Source: Mayamaea pseudoterrestris
Taxonomy: Eukaryota
Length of the DNA: 64,000 bases
Assembly (NCBI GenBank): GCA_027923505.1
Contig: BROI01000009.1
Span: 806,001 to 870,000 of the forward strand
Direction of reading: 5' to 3'
The notes under the pieces are model-generated. The model was not told where the DNA came from, searched no databases, and saw only the letters and a list, made by a program, of their open reading frames with translations. The position numbers and the translations under genes are program-made. Shown piece after piece: positions 9,605 through 19,839 of the stretch; position 1 is the stretch's first letter; each line of letters opens with the position of its first letter.

Positions 9605-12600
9605 TCAAGATGATGCCGTGTTAAACACAGCTGAAGTTTCCAAAATGGCCGCTACCGCTGGCTTGCGAAAAAATTCAAGAAGCGGGCGAAGTTTCTCGCG
9701 CGTCCAAGTTCCAGTTGGGTCTGGAAGCACAATGTGGTGGCGTGGACAGTCTTTTACATCGCACCCGGGGGATCCATGCAGCGCATGGAAAAGGCATAAT
9801 TGTTTTCCTTCAAACACTGGAGCTCGGATTGGGGGAGTGCGGCGACTCAAATGTTGAAAAAGTTTCCGAACTGCGGCACCGGAACAGTCGGTGCCATCAC
9901 GCCAACGTGCCAACGAAGCAGGAGCTTTTAAATACGTACCGGTTGTTTCGCGCTTTTGTGCGGCTGAATTCTGTTGGCTGGCGCCACCTGTTGAGGTTTT
10001 TGGTTGGGTGGACGACTTGTCGTGATGTTTTGCCTTCTCAGGCAGGACGTCCGTGGGGGCTTGCCGTTTAAAAGGCCCAAAATTGGGCAATTCCTTCGCT
10101 GTAAGATTTTCAATGGTAATGCCCCTCATGGTGCTGGATCGCCATGCTGCAAGTGCCTCACTTAAGGGTTCAAAGCCATTGTTGTCTAAAAACATTTTGA
10201 ACGCGCAGACATCGGAGCGTGACTGCTGGGAGTGAAGCAGTACTCGCACACAATGATCATCGGAGTCGAGTGACATGGCCCAGTCAATAACAATGCGCCA
10301 TAAATTGCAGATAGAGTTGATGACAGCAATTGAGCAAGTTAGTTTTCTGTCGGTCGACATGTTGGACCATGTTTCGTGCAGCCGCTGGTTAGCGAGGAGC
10401 TGGATCAGCCAAGCTAGTTGACCAGCGAATGGAGATGCAAGTAGCCAAGGTGAGAGTTCAGGATGTACCTCGCGCAGTGCTGGGAATCGAACTTGGTTTG
10501 TGAAGTGGATATGGAAAAACCATGCGATATTCTTCGTCAGTTGCGCTAATTTGGCGCAGTCCAAGCCATCCTGTGTGAAGCGGTGCCCAGTTTTTTGGAC
10601 CGTTTGAATGAAGCTCCATGGGCTGATATAGGAATCAAAGGTGCAGGTTGGATCATCGCCTGCAAAGAAAAGGCCTGATTGCAGTGCTTTTATGTTATCA
10701 GGTGTGGAGAAGAAGTCGTTGTTGGCAAAGCTCGGTCGCGCGTAAGATTCCATTGTGGAGTTTTGAGCGGCGCGAAGTTCGTTGCTGAAATGGTTTGTCA
10801 CGTGGCCTGGAATTTTCGACTCGAGTACGTTTAAAGTGTACTTTTTTGACACGTAGCCTGGGATGAGAACTTGCCAATCTGGGAAACGATGTCCTTTACT
10901 GTCGTCTCGTGGACCCATGTGAAATCTTGGATCGACAGCAATGGCTCCAAAATGAGCAGCCAGGACAATAGCGTTGGAGAGTCCATCCTCCACGTAGGCT
11001 TGGCGATTAAATCGGTCGGGTTGCGAAGAAGTGGCCGGAAAGAGAAAATCAATGTTGCGAGAGAGCATCTTTGTGCCCATTGTAAAATATGGCAACAACT
11101 GGGTGTGTGGTTGCTCGTATGGCAGCAGAAACGTTGAGTTTGAAGTTGTTGTAACTGTATTGCGCGCAGGTAATTTAAATGACATTCGCGGTGGCGAGTG
11201 CTGTGCCGGTTTTGTGCCAAGATAGTCCACCGACTTGTCGTCAGTGTAGGCCTCGTATTCGATGTCCATGTAGCCAAGCTTCTGTTGCGCGCTATAGTCA
11301 AACAGCGCCTTCCTCTTGCGGCGCGAATCGGGTGGTGAAGGTGGATTTTTTGACATTGCAGCGCGTGATTGTTCATCTTCCGCCACAGTGGGCGCCCGGT
11401 TTGGTGTTGCTACTGTATGCGAGAAGCCCATGGCCGCTAGAATATCCAATGCTGCTGGAGCCGGTTGGCTATCTTGTTTTGCAGCAGATGACGGAGATTG
11501 CGCATCTGAAATTTTGTCTTTTAATTCGATGCGCAGCGAAGCAATAAAATCGTCGGAAGATTCCGCCGGCAGGTCGACACTTGCAAACCGATTCCAATGG
11601 GGCAGCAAATTTTGGCGAAGGAAAGGAATATGAAAGTTTTCAATCCACAACTTTGCCTTGGGATTGACGAGCAATGGCAAATGGATTGTGTCCATGAGAT
11701 ACTCTTTATTCCACTCAGCAATGTCGGGTGACTGCTGGAGAATGGCCATTCCTTTTTGCTCATAAAGCGTTAGCTTGTTTCCCCACTGTTTTGTGAGTGA
11801 ATGCCGGAGGTAATCCCACATCCAACTGAAGCGGATCTTTGTTTCCGGATGGAGAATGGCAAGGTGCGAGTCCAATGATTGCTCAAGTTTCCAACTCTCC
11901 CAGGACTCGTGCAATTGTGCCATGAACAAAGTGTCAAGCTTCATGGCCGCCGCCTGGGTGGCGCATGCTGCAAGAAAAGTATCCAAAATTGGATTATCAA
12001 TCATCCAAGCGTAGGCCTCGTCTGGTAGCTCCGTGAACTCCATGCAGAATGCCTTGAGGAGCGCTCCAGTGTGGCAGCGCAAGTGATCGAAAGGGACCCC
12101 AAGTGGGATGCCGTGATGGCCTTTTGGTATGAACAGCGCACGTTGCTGCACAAGCGTGCGCAGGTCGGGCATATTTTCCGTTGTCACAGGACGCTTCGTT
12201 GTCACAATCGCGAAAGGTTTGTCGCCAGAAGTGAAAGTGGGAGGCGTTGGTCCCAGAAAATACTTGCCAGCAGGGTGATCCTTTGGAATGTCCTCTTTGT
12301 GGACCAGGAAGCAAGCTGGCTGGGTCAATTTTAAGCCATTGGCAAAGACCAAGGCGTCGTGCAGTACTTCGGAATGCCGAGTCGCAGGAGCAGTCACCAA
12401 AGTGGCGCGCGTGTTTCTTGTCAAAATTGACACAACTGGGTTGACGCTGGATGGAGCCGCGACGTTCAGTGGCTGCAAGTGAGACCAAGCTTCCAACAAG
12501 AAGGAAGGTTCCTTGGCTCCGGCAGATGTATCCAATGCGTCCAAAGTGGCTTGGTTTGTTTGAAGTAAAAAGGCATTGCCGTTGGCAGTACCAGAGGGCG

Positions 12601-13015
12601 CCGCAGAGCAAATCAAAGCGTGATTGGCGTCGAGCACTTGCCCTGGAATCGAAAAGCTCGAGAGAGTAATCATAGCGCCAACGTTGGCATTGCCCATCAT
12701 TTTGAGCTTGTCAAGTGCGCCGAGGTAAATGTCGCCGGCGTCGTCGTCAGGCTCCTTTGTCTTGACCGACATGCGCTGGTTGAGCGCATAAAACTCCTCC
12801 TTTGTCAACCATTTGTGGAGCACTTTTTCCTTGTCCTTCTCCTTGTCCCAGCTTCCATCAAGCTGGAGCTCCATCGCCTTGGCGCGCTCTCCTTTAGGAG
12901 GAACATTATCCGTTCCAAGCCACGTGGTCGGCAAGGCAATCTCCTCCGGCCATGAAAGGGCCACAGGAGCGCCCCCGAACTCAGCTAGGGAAGGAAAACG
13001 AAGACGAATGAGCAT
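9605..13015 (-). CDS. ORF1 (gag-like) of the retrotransposon
   Basis: About 1136 aa from the first ATG at 13015. C-terminal CCCH-type finger CLFHALHGSPGCDVKDCPRHH. First-ORF position in the element. Confidence 0.8.
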   Translation of the reverse strand: MLIRLRFPSLAEFGGAPVALSWPEEIALPTTWLGTDNVPPKGERAKAMELQLDGSWDKEKDKEKVLHKWLTKEEFYALNQRMSVKTKEPDDDAGDIYLGALDKLKMMGNANVGAMITLSSFSIPGQVLDANHALICSAAPSGTANGNAFLLQTNQATLDALDTSAGAKEPSFLLEAWSHLQPLNVAAPSSVNPVVSILTRNTRATLVTAPATRHSEVLHDALVFANGLKLTQPACFLVHKEDIPKDHPAGKYFLGPTPPTFTSGDKPFAIVTTKRPVTTENMPDLRTLVQQRALFIPKGHHGIPLGVPFDHLRCHTGALLKAFCMEFTELPDEAYAWMIDNPILDTFLAACATQAAAMKLDTLFMAQLHESWESWKLEQSLDSHLAILHPETKIRFSWMWDYLRHSLTKQWGNKLTLYEQKGMAILQQSPDIAEWNKEYLMDTIHLPLLVNPKAKLWIENFHIPFLRQNLLPHWNRFASVDLPAESSDDFIASLRIELKDKISDAQSPSSAAKQDSQPAPAALDILAAMGFSHTVATPNRAPTVAEDEQSRAAMSKNPPSPPDSRRKRKALFDYSAQQKLGYMDIEYEAYTDDKSVDYLGTKPAQHSPPRMSFKLPARNTVTTTSNSTFLLPYEQPHTQLLPYFTMGTKMLSRNIDFLFPATSSQPDRFNRQAYVEDGLSNAIVLAAHFGAIAVDPRFHMGPRDDSKGHRFPDWQVLIPGYVSKKYTLNVLESKIPGHVTNHFSNELRAAQNSTMESYARPSFANNDFFSTPDNIKALQSGLFFAGDDPTCTFDSYISPWSFIQTVQKTGHRFTQDGLDCAKLAQLTKNIAWFFHIHFTNQVRFPALREVHPELSPWLLASPFAGQLAWLIQLLANQRLHETWSNMSTDRKLTCSIAVINSICNLWRIVIDWAMSLDSDDHCVRVLLHSQQSRSDVCAFKMFLDNNGFEPLSEALAAWRSSTMRGITIENLTAKELPNFGPFKRQAPTDVLPEKAKHHDKSSTQPKTSTGGASQQNSAAQKRETTGTYLKAPASLARWRDGTDCSGAAVRKLFQHLSRRTPPIRAPVFEGKQLCLFHALHGSPGCDVKDCPRHHIVLPDPTGTWTREKLRPLLEFFRKPAVAAILETSAVFNTASS

Positions 13016-13061
13016 GATGATGATGATGAGGAAAGAAAGCGGTTTGAAGCTACAGGCAAGA

Positions 13062-13233
13062 AACAAAAACGGAGATGCTATTGCTAACAAGGGTGCAAGA
13101 GCTGTCGCAGCAGCAGTCTCAATGTCCTAGCGGCAATCTCAATGTCATCCAAACTGTGTCTGCTACTGTACCCGTAGGTTTCCTACGGGTAGTCCCTAGG
13201 GCGGGCTCCTCTGTGCATCCGCTCTAAGCCGGA
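13062..13233 (-). repeat. Split direct repeat A1 (5' terminus of the element)
   Basis: 172 bp matching A2. Host sequence gaccgaagccgag resumes at 13234. Confidence 0.92.
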
Positions 13234-13372
13234 GACCGAAGCCGAGCGAACGCCAGCGAACAGTCAATAAAGAATCGAAGCCCTTTCTAGTTGAAGTTAG
13301 ACTGCAAGCCAGATTAAACATCTCACAAAACTTTCGATCGCGCCGATTAATCCATCGCCCATCATCCCCACC

Positions 13373-14038
13373 ATGATCTGCTCGTCAATAAAGCGAGCGT
13401 CAGAACTTAACAACCATGGCATTAACTTGCTTGTCGCAGGGCATTCACAAGAGGCAATGAATACTTTTCAGAGTGCGTTGTCAGGTATCAAGGAGATTGT
13501 AAGCGATCAAGATCCAAGCCTCCATTCCGACACATCAATGAGCGTCGCCCCTACCCAAAGATTTATCAGCGAGAGCCCTTTGATTCTACATACACTACAT
13601 ACGGATCAGTCATTTGTTTACAATCGACCCTTGGTGATTGACGAGATTGTGTCGATTGACGATCTCGATTCTACCTTGGCACTACTGAGCGCCGCCATTC
13701 TTTTCAATCTCGCCTTGGTGTGCCATCAAATTGGACGAGAAGGCCAAGAGAAGGCACTCAAGCGCGCATCGGTACTGTACAGAATGAGTTTGCAGCTACT
13801 TCAAAACTGCGAGGCGAATGAATGTACCACTGTCATTTGTCTCCTCGCGCTCAACAATCGAGCGCAGATCCATTATGAGCTCTGCGACTACTCGCAGAGT
13901 GGACATTGTTTAAAGCAAATATCTAAGATCATGCACGACGATGTTCGTTTGCATGAGTCTTTGAACGCAGCAGACCTTGAAGGTCTTTTGCTGAATGTGA
14001 TGCTTCAAGATCCACCATCGGCTGCTCGAGCCGCATGA
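13373..14038 (+). CDS. Hypothetical helical-repeat (TPR-like) protein, copy A
   Basis: 221-aa ORF, protein-identical in copy B despite synonymous changes. LNNxG, ILFNLAL and LNNRAQI helical motifs. Confidence 0.7.
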   Translation: MICSSIKRASELNNHGINLLVAGHSQEAMNTFQSALSGIKEIVSDQDPSLHSDTSMSVAPTQRFISESPLILHTLHTDQSFVYNRPLVIDEIVSIDDLDSTLALLSAAILFNLALVCHQIGREGQEKALKRASVLYRMSLQLLQNCEANECTTVICLLALNNRAQIHYELCDYSQSGHCLKQISKIMHDDVRLHESLNAADLEGLLLNVMLQDPPSAARAA

Positions 14039-14864
14039 TCTCGTTGCTTGCTATCCATTTCACAACAAACCCATCAACTATTCGGTCATATACAACCTGT
14101 ATCTGCTATACGCGCCGCCTGCTAAGTGGCAACTGTTAAAATAAGGTACCAATTTTTGCTAATCTCCATATGAAATTCCGTATTTCTATAATTTGTCACT
14201 GCGCTGGGAATGGCAGGCACATATGCATCATGTATTCATATCTTTTAAGTCTTCAACGACTGGAACAGAAAATCAAATTGAAGGATATATACTTTGACAC
14301 GAGTAAGTTGCGCGGTGCGTCTTTGAGTTAACGTACATATAGCCCATCCAACAGCCCATGACATTGCATTTTGAAGGCGAGTATCTTGCGAAACGGCCTT
14401 GACAACCGCTTCTTTGAAGTTTGGTCGGTTCTTCGCATGCCGATGAACCAACTGCACGTAATATTCGTGACCGCATTGACAGTGAGTAGGATGCGATACA
14501 TCACCGGCACACCATCACCGTAGTTGGCGATGAACCTGGCCCACTTTGGATTGATACCTGCTGTACCATGTATTTCTAAGCATTAAAAGTTTGGTTCCGA
14601 TGCTGAGACCCCATCGACACATTGGAAACTCATTTGCATAATTGCCAAGATGTGCAGCGATTCGTCGGTTTTTTAATCGTAACTGCGAACTTTTACGGTG
14701 CTTGCACTTTTCTTCGTAAACTACGATAGCAAAAGTCGCTCCAGAAACGGTACGACATATCGTACCAGTAGACAGATCCTTTCGCTTGGTGCGACGACGA
14801 CACATCACATCCTTCACCTTTCCCCACTCGTTTGGTTGCTGCGATCAGGTAAATTTCAAGTAGA

Positions 14865-15695
14865 ATGTCCTCTGGAGTCGACTACTCCAAATGGGACAAG
14901 TTAGATTATGGATCATCTGACGATGAGGGCAGTGGCAGCGATCAGGGTCAGGCTGAAAGTGATGTTCGTGGTCAGCAACCGCGCGTCACTAGATTCGACC
15001 AGCCCTCCACAATTACCCGAAATGTAGACGGCGAGCTCATTGTGGAAACCCAGCATGACGCAGGGGAAATGGTAGCGTTGACAGAGTCGCTTAAGTACCC
15101 AAAGGAGTCTACCGGTACCGGTAGAGCTGACTCCGCTTTTGCCGATGAGAACCCCACAGACTCCGCCTTGGCGAGCAGTCTGTCGAACGACACTGCTACA
15201 ATACCAAAGACATGGACTGAAAAGGGCTCTTTTGAGATTGTCCAAGGATGCGAAGTTTATTGGAGTCAAGATCGCTACTCTGTAATGATTCGCATCGCGC
15301 TTCCAGAGGAAGGAAAGTGGACCTGCGTCGTCTCAAGTCTGCTGGCATACGCCGATCGATTTGTTGCCGTTGGGAGCGGACCAAAATCATTATTGGAAGT
15401 TTGGCGAGCCGATTTAACAAATTCTGTATTGATGCGGTCGGAAATTGCTTATCCTGTTCATGCTACGGAAGATGACGAAGGGGTAGACTGGTCCATCGAA
15501 CGCATCGGCGTTCAGAGATTTCTGTCAGTCACGTTGAACAAAGCCACGCCAATGGCTGGCATGACGCTTTGGTGGAAGCGTCCACTCTCGGAAATGAAGG
15601 AAATATCGATGGATTGGAGGGAACCATCGTCAACGAGCTTTCAGAAAGTATGGAATGAAGCTCATGCACAATTTTACGACAAGCATCGAAACTAA
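14865..15695 (+). CDS. CS-domain (p23/NudC-like) protein with an N-terminal DYSKWD motif
   Basis: 276-aa ORF. YWSQDRYSVMIRI ... VDWSIE ... LSVTLNKA ... WWKR is typical of a CS domain. Confidence 0.7.
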   Translation: MSSGVDYSKWDKLDYGSSDDEGSGSDQGQAESDVRGQQPRVTRFDQPSTITRNVDGELIVETQHDAGEMVALTESLKYPKESTGTGRADSAFADENPTDSALASSLSNDTATIPKTWTEKGSFEIVQGCEVYWSQDRYSVMIRIALPEEGKWTCVVSSLLAYADRFVAVGSGPKSLLEVWRADLTNSVLMRSEIAYPVHATEDDEGVDWSIERIGVQRFLSVTLNKATPMAGMTLWWKRPLSEMKEISMDWREPSSTSFQKVWNEAHAQFYDKHRN

Positions 15696-16286
15696 GTAAG
15701 CTGCTTGTAGATTCTCAAGATGTTTGACAAAATCCATCCACAAGGAGGAGTTATAAGCAGGTGCAGTAGTACACCACTTTAATTCTTTTGTATATCACTA
15801 CTATCTGCCGGTAGGAGTTTCAAAAATTCCAAACACAATACAGTACCATGAGCAACTTTGCCAATGCTCACGATCCAAATCGATCCCATCATCATTATTA
15901 CAAGGCAAGGCCACCGTTGAAGCTGCTTTGAGTCGGCGGCATATCCTGAGTCCGACTCCTTAACGTTTCCCACACGAGGAGGCAAATGTTCGTCGGCTCA
16001 ACGTGTGCGAAGTTCCCATTTTTCCACACTACTTGTACCTGTAATAGTGTCGCAGCGTTACATCTTTTGATCGTACCGGTACTTCTGCAGAGCGAGCCTC
16101 GCCTCACAAATTCTGGAAAACGAACAACGTCACCCACAAAATTGAAGGCGAAGACAATTGCCGACGCACTGCACTTCAAACCACATCATCACTTGCATCT
16201 GAGCGCAAATGCCGACTCGTCGGCAGCGCCACAAGATCACAATAACGACGGAAGTCAAGCGAGCACATAGCAGCAGCAATAATAGA

Positions 16287-17699
16287 ATGATCTTCAGAAC
16301 TTCGGTCGTCCTTGCCCTTGTGGCCGCTCAGACACCCTTGAGCTCCGCGTTTCAGCCGACGCATGTCTCACGACCACATTTCTCACTCACATCACGCCGA
16401 GCCGTCGCAGTGGATGCGGAGACAGGAACGTTTTCCGCGGCTGCACTCACGCAGCAAAGTGTCTCAGCAGAGGCGACTGCTACCGGCGCCATGATGGATT
16501 TGACTGGAATTGCCTTTAGCGGACTCAAGGGACAAGCATTGTCACTTACAGACTTTCCCAAGGCCAATGAACTTCGCGCCGTCATTCCAGCTGAGTGCTT
16601 TGAACCTGAAACCGCCAAGTCTTTGGGTTATCTAAGTGTCTCACTTGCTGAAACGGCCGCATGCTCCGCCATCGGTTTGCAAATGCTCAACGTTCTACCA
16701 CCTGAAAGCATTTTCACATGGCCTATTTGGGCCGCTTACTCGGCCGTCACTGGAACCGTCGCCATGGGTCTCTGGGTTCTTGCCCACGAATGCGGGCATG
16801 GTGCCTTTTCCAAAAACAGGGCCTTACAAGACGCTGTCGGCTTTATGATACACTCCGTCATGCTCGTTCCATATTATTCATGGCAGCGATCCCATGCAGT
16901 GCATCATCAGTACACAAACAATATGGAGCTAGGCGAGACACATGTTCCAGAACCTTACGAAGACGACGGAGCGTTCGCACTGCGGGAGAAGTTTCTCGAT
17001 GTTCTTGGGCGTGAACAAGGCATCAAGGCTTGGGGCGCCTGGCAGAGCTTTCTACATCTCGGCGTTGGATGGCCGGCGTACTTGCTTATTGGTGCCACGG
17101 GTGGACTTGACCGAGGTATGACGAATCACTACTATCCGAACCCATTGACGGAACCAAAACAACCAAAGAAGGAACTTTTCCCCGGAAATTGGAAGGAGAA
17201 GGTCTACCAATCGGATATTGGCATCGCCGCTGTTATTGGAGCCGTCGTCGCTTGGACCGTATGCTGTGGTCCAGCCCAAGTTATGGCTCTTTATGGCGGT
17301 CCTCTTTTGGTGGTCAATGCCTGGCTAGTGACATACACGTGGCTACAACACACGGACGTGGACGTGCCTCATTTTAGCTCGGACAATCATAACTTCGTCA
17401 AAGGCGCCCTTCACACTATCGACCGTCCCTACGATAAGATGGATCCATGGGGCGTCATAGACTTTCTACACCATAAAATTGGAACCACACACGTTGCTCA
17501 CCATTTCGATAGCACCATTCCTCATTACAAGGCTGATGTCGCTACCAAAGCTATAAAAGACAATTTCCCTGAACACTATCTGTATGACCCAACCCCAATC
17601 CCGGAGGCGCTATGGAGAGTCGCCAAGGGATGCAACGTTGTTGAGCAGCGAGGTGACAAGTGGGTCTGGAAAAATAATGGCGTTGAGGATTTGCTTTAG
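16287..17699 (+). CDS. FAD6: Plastid omega-6/delta-12 fatty acid desaturase, copy A
   Basis: His boxes HECGH, HAVHH, HVAHH. Signal peptide followed by SSAFQP. Closely resembles Phaeodactylum FAD6 as I recall it. Confidence 0.88.
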   Translation: MIFRTSVVLALVAAQTPLSSAFQPTHVSRPHFSLTSRRAVAVDAETGTFSAAALTQQSVSAEATATGAMMDLTGIAFSGLKGQALSLTDFPKANELRAVIPAECFEPETAKSLGYLSVSLAETAACSAIGLQMLNVLPPESIFTWPIWAAYSAVTGTVAMGLWVLAHECGHGAFSKNRALQDAVGFMIHSVMLVPYYSWQRSHAVHHQYTNNMELGETHVPEPYEDDGAFALREKFLDVLGREQGIKAWGAWQSFLHLGVGWPAYLLIGATGGLDRGMTNHYYPNPLTEPKQPKKELFPGNWKEKVYQSDIGIAAVIGAVVAWTVCCGPAQVMALYGGPLLVVNAWLVTYTWLQHTDVDVPHFSSDNHNFVKGALHTIDRPYDKMDPWGVIDFLHHKIGTTHVAHHFDSTIPHYKADVATKAIKDNFPEHYLYDPTPIPEALWRVAKGCNVVEQRGDKWVWKNNGVEDLL

Positions 17700-18096
17700 A
17701 GGTGCTCATAAGCAATGTAGAGATTAGTTACTTGCATGCAGTTCTCTTTGTAATTATCAACATTTCGACTGGCTTTCTCTTCTGGCACCAGACTACATCA
17801 CATATCAGCACAAGGAAGAGTCTGCTGGAACCCAACAATATTTGCCTCGAAAGTAGATAGAGGTGCAAATTCGCTTAACTCGCAGCGACTCTCGCTCCAT
17901 CTTTTGTCCGTTTCTTCAGGTAAAGAAACGGACACGCAACCGTGTGTTGTGGTCGATGACACACCCACATGCCATAAAACAATTGCAAGAAGAGCTGCTC
18001 TTACACTCTCTGGTCAAGTTATCGTCGCAGAGCACAGAGTATTTGTCTCCGCTCACTTCACACCTTGTTGCTTCGTGAACTCACTCAGCGCTCAGC

Positions 18097-19191
18097 ATGT
18101 CGGTCAATGCGAACATTTTTGACCTCGACTGCCCATCGGAGCATTCAAACTCTCTTGGTTTGATTGTCCATCCTCCGACGACCATTTCTTTTGTTGACGA
18201 TGCGTATACGAACAAGGATCAAGTTACCATCTTGCCTAGCAAAGTCTTTCACTTGAGCAATGGGATCCATCAAGCGTTTCCTGACTCGCAGACGCATTGG
18301 GCAGCATTTTCGGTTCTGGAGTGGCTAGAATCATTGGCTTCAGCCGCCGAGACGTCGGGAGCGTCACCGATTATAGTCAATGGTACTCGATTGAGCGAGC
18401 CTTCCTTCCCGCCGATACCGACTCTGAGCAATGACCCGACCACTCCTCGGTGGACGCATGGAGAACCACAACTAGTAATGACGAAAAACAACCGTTTCAT
18501 GGACATGCAGCAACGTGATCCAGCAGGCTGGTGGGGGCTTCGGCAGCTGGAAGACGCGGCGTCGCTAGTCGAAGACATCGGTCGGTTGGAAAGTGAATAT
18601 CACGCCATCTACGAGCGATTCGAATACACGTTTAATTGCATTGTGCTGCAAGCCGAGACATGTGGTTTCGAAGGTAGGCACTTGCTTGATACTCTTTACA
18701 AAGACACGACGCGGAAACTTTGCGATCTTTTTTTAAATACATCGACATCGCATGTAGGGTCGATCGCTGGAGGTATCCCGAAGGTGATCTCAGCTGAAGG
18801 TTCAGCCAAGAAGAATTTCCCGCGGATCATGACCGCGTGGTTGGTCAGCAACTGGACCAACCCGTACCCGGACGAAGAAGGTCTAGCGGAGTTGGCTTTT
18901 GCGACAGATACTTCAGCGACCGTCGTGGGTAACTGGCTGATTAATGCGCGCACTCGCAAGTGGCGGCCGGCCATTGTCAAGGCCTCCAAGCACATGGATC
19001 GACCAGCGTCCTTGTTGCTGGAAGATTCAATCAACATCTTTTCGAATTGTCCATTGCGCACGCTTGGAGACGAAACAACGTCGTCATCGACGGAATGCAG
19101 TGAGTTTGACAGTGGTCACATGCTATCAATTGCAGATGCGTATTCCATGCCCAATAAGCGCTTGAAGTCGGACTATTTTGGAAATATGTGA
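18097..19191 (+). CDS. TALE/KN-class homeobox protein, copy A
   Basis: WLVSNWTNPYP...VGNWLINARTRKW homeodomain with the PYP loop. Confidence 0.82.
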   Translation: MSVNANIFDLDCPSEHSNSLGLIVHPPTTISFVDDAYTNKDQVTILPSKVFHLSNGIHQAFPDSQTHWAAFSVLEWLESLASAAETSGASPIIVNGTRLSEPSFPPIPTLSNDPTTPRWTHGEPQLVMTKNNRFMDMQQRDPAGWWGLRQLEDAASLVEDIGRLESEYHAIYERFEYTFNCIVLQAETCGFEGRHLLDTLYKDTTRKLCDLFLNTSTSHVGSIAGGIPKVISAEGSAKKNFPRIMTAWLVSNWTNPYPDEEGLAELAFATDTSATVVGNWLINARTRKWRPAIVKASKHMDRPASLLLEDSINIFSNCPLRTLGDETTSSSTECSEFDSGHMLSIADAYSMPNKRLKSDYFGNM

Positions 19192-19320
19192 TAGGCGATG
19201 ACTAATTCAAGTTAATGATAGCATAGTATATGTTTGTAAACGACATAAATGCTGCAATCTTAGACAGCGTGACGCTGACAAACCCATTGTACATTTGCAC
19301 GTATAGAAGCAACATTTCTC

Positions 19321-19807
19321 TCAATCCCCTCCAGCGTTCCACAGTCCAGAGTCCACACATCGCTTCATATGGTATTCTGCCTCCTCTGGTTCAAGTTTCA
19401 TAAGTGCTGCCTTGAGTTGCTCGACGTCTCGGCTCTCAAAAGCCTTGACCATATCTTCGGGCAATGTATCGATCACCTCCAGCGGGTCAAGCCCTCCCGG
19501 TCCTAATCGCTCCTCCTTTGGCACCTCCTCCAAGTTTTTACTAGTTGCCTCTACCGCTCGTTCAGCATCAATTTCTCGACGTTTTACCACGGCACGCTGA
19601 ACAATTTTATCCTGAAATGACTTGACGCCCTTAATAAACTCTTCCAAGTGCTCACGCTGCTCCATTCGCTTGAAGAACGGCAAAATAACATTGCCTGGAT
19701 GGGTGTCGAGTGTTTTGGCTAGTTCGGCAATGTTCGTAATAATTTGCGACTGTCGGGCCGTTCGTTGCATCGCCTCGCGCCTGCCATTCATTTCATCCTC
19801 GAGCGAC

Positions 19808-19839
<32 letters not shown>

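Larger units (their letters stand above)
4500..13233 (-). mobile_element. Tyrosine-recombinase (DIRS-order) retrotransposon, Ngaro-like, with split direct repeats; 8734 bp, apparently intact
   Basis: Absent from copy B (empty site aagtg|gaccg at 37675/37676). Three intact ORFs (gag-like, RT/RNaseH, YR). Repeats arranged A1...B1-A2-B2. No TSD. Confidence 0.93.

Noticed and set aside
16209..16286. Upstream ATG extension of FAD6
   Set aside because: It would bury the signal peptide that starts at 16287.
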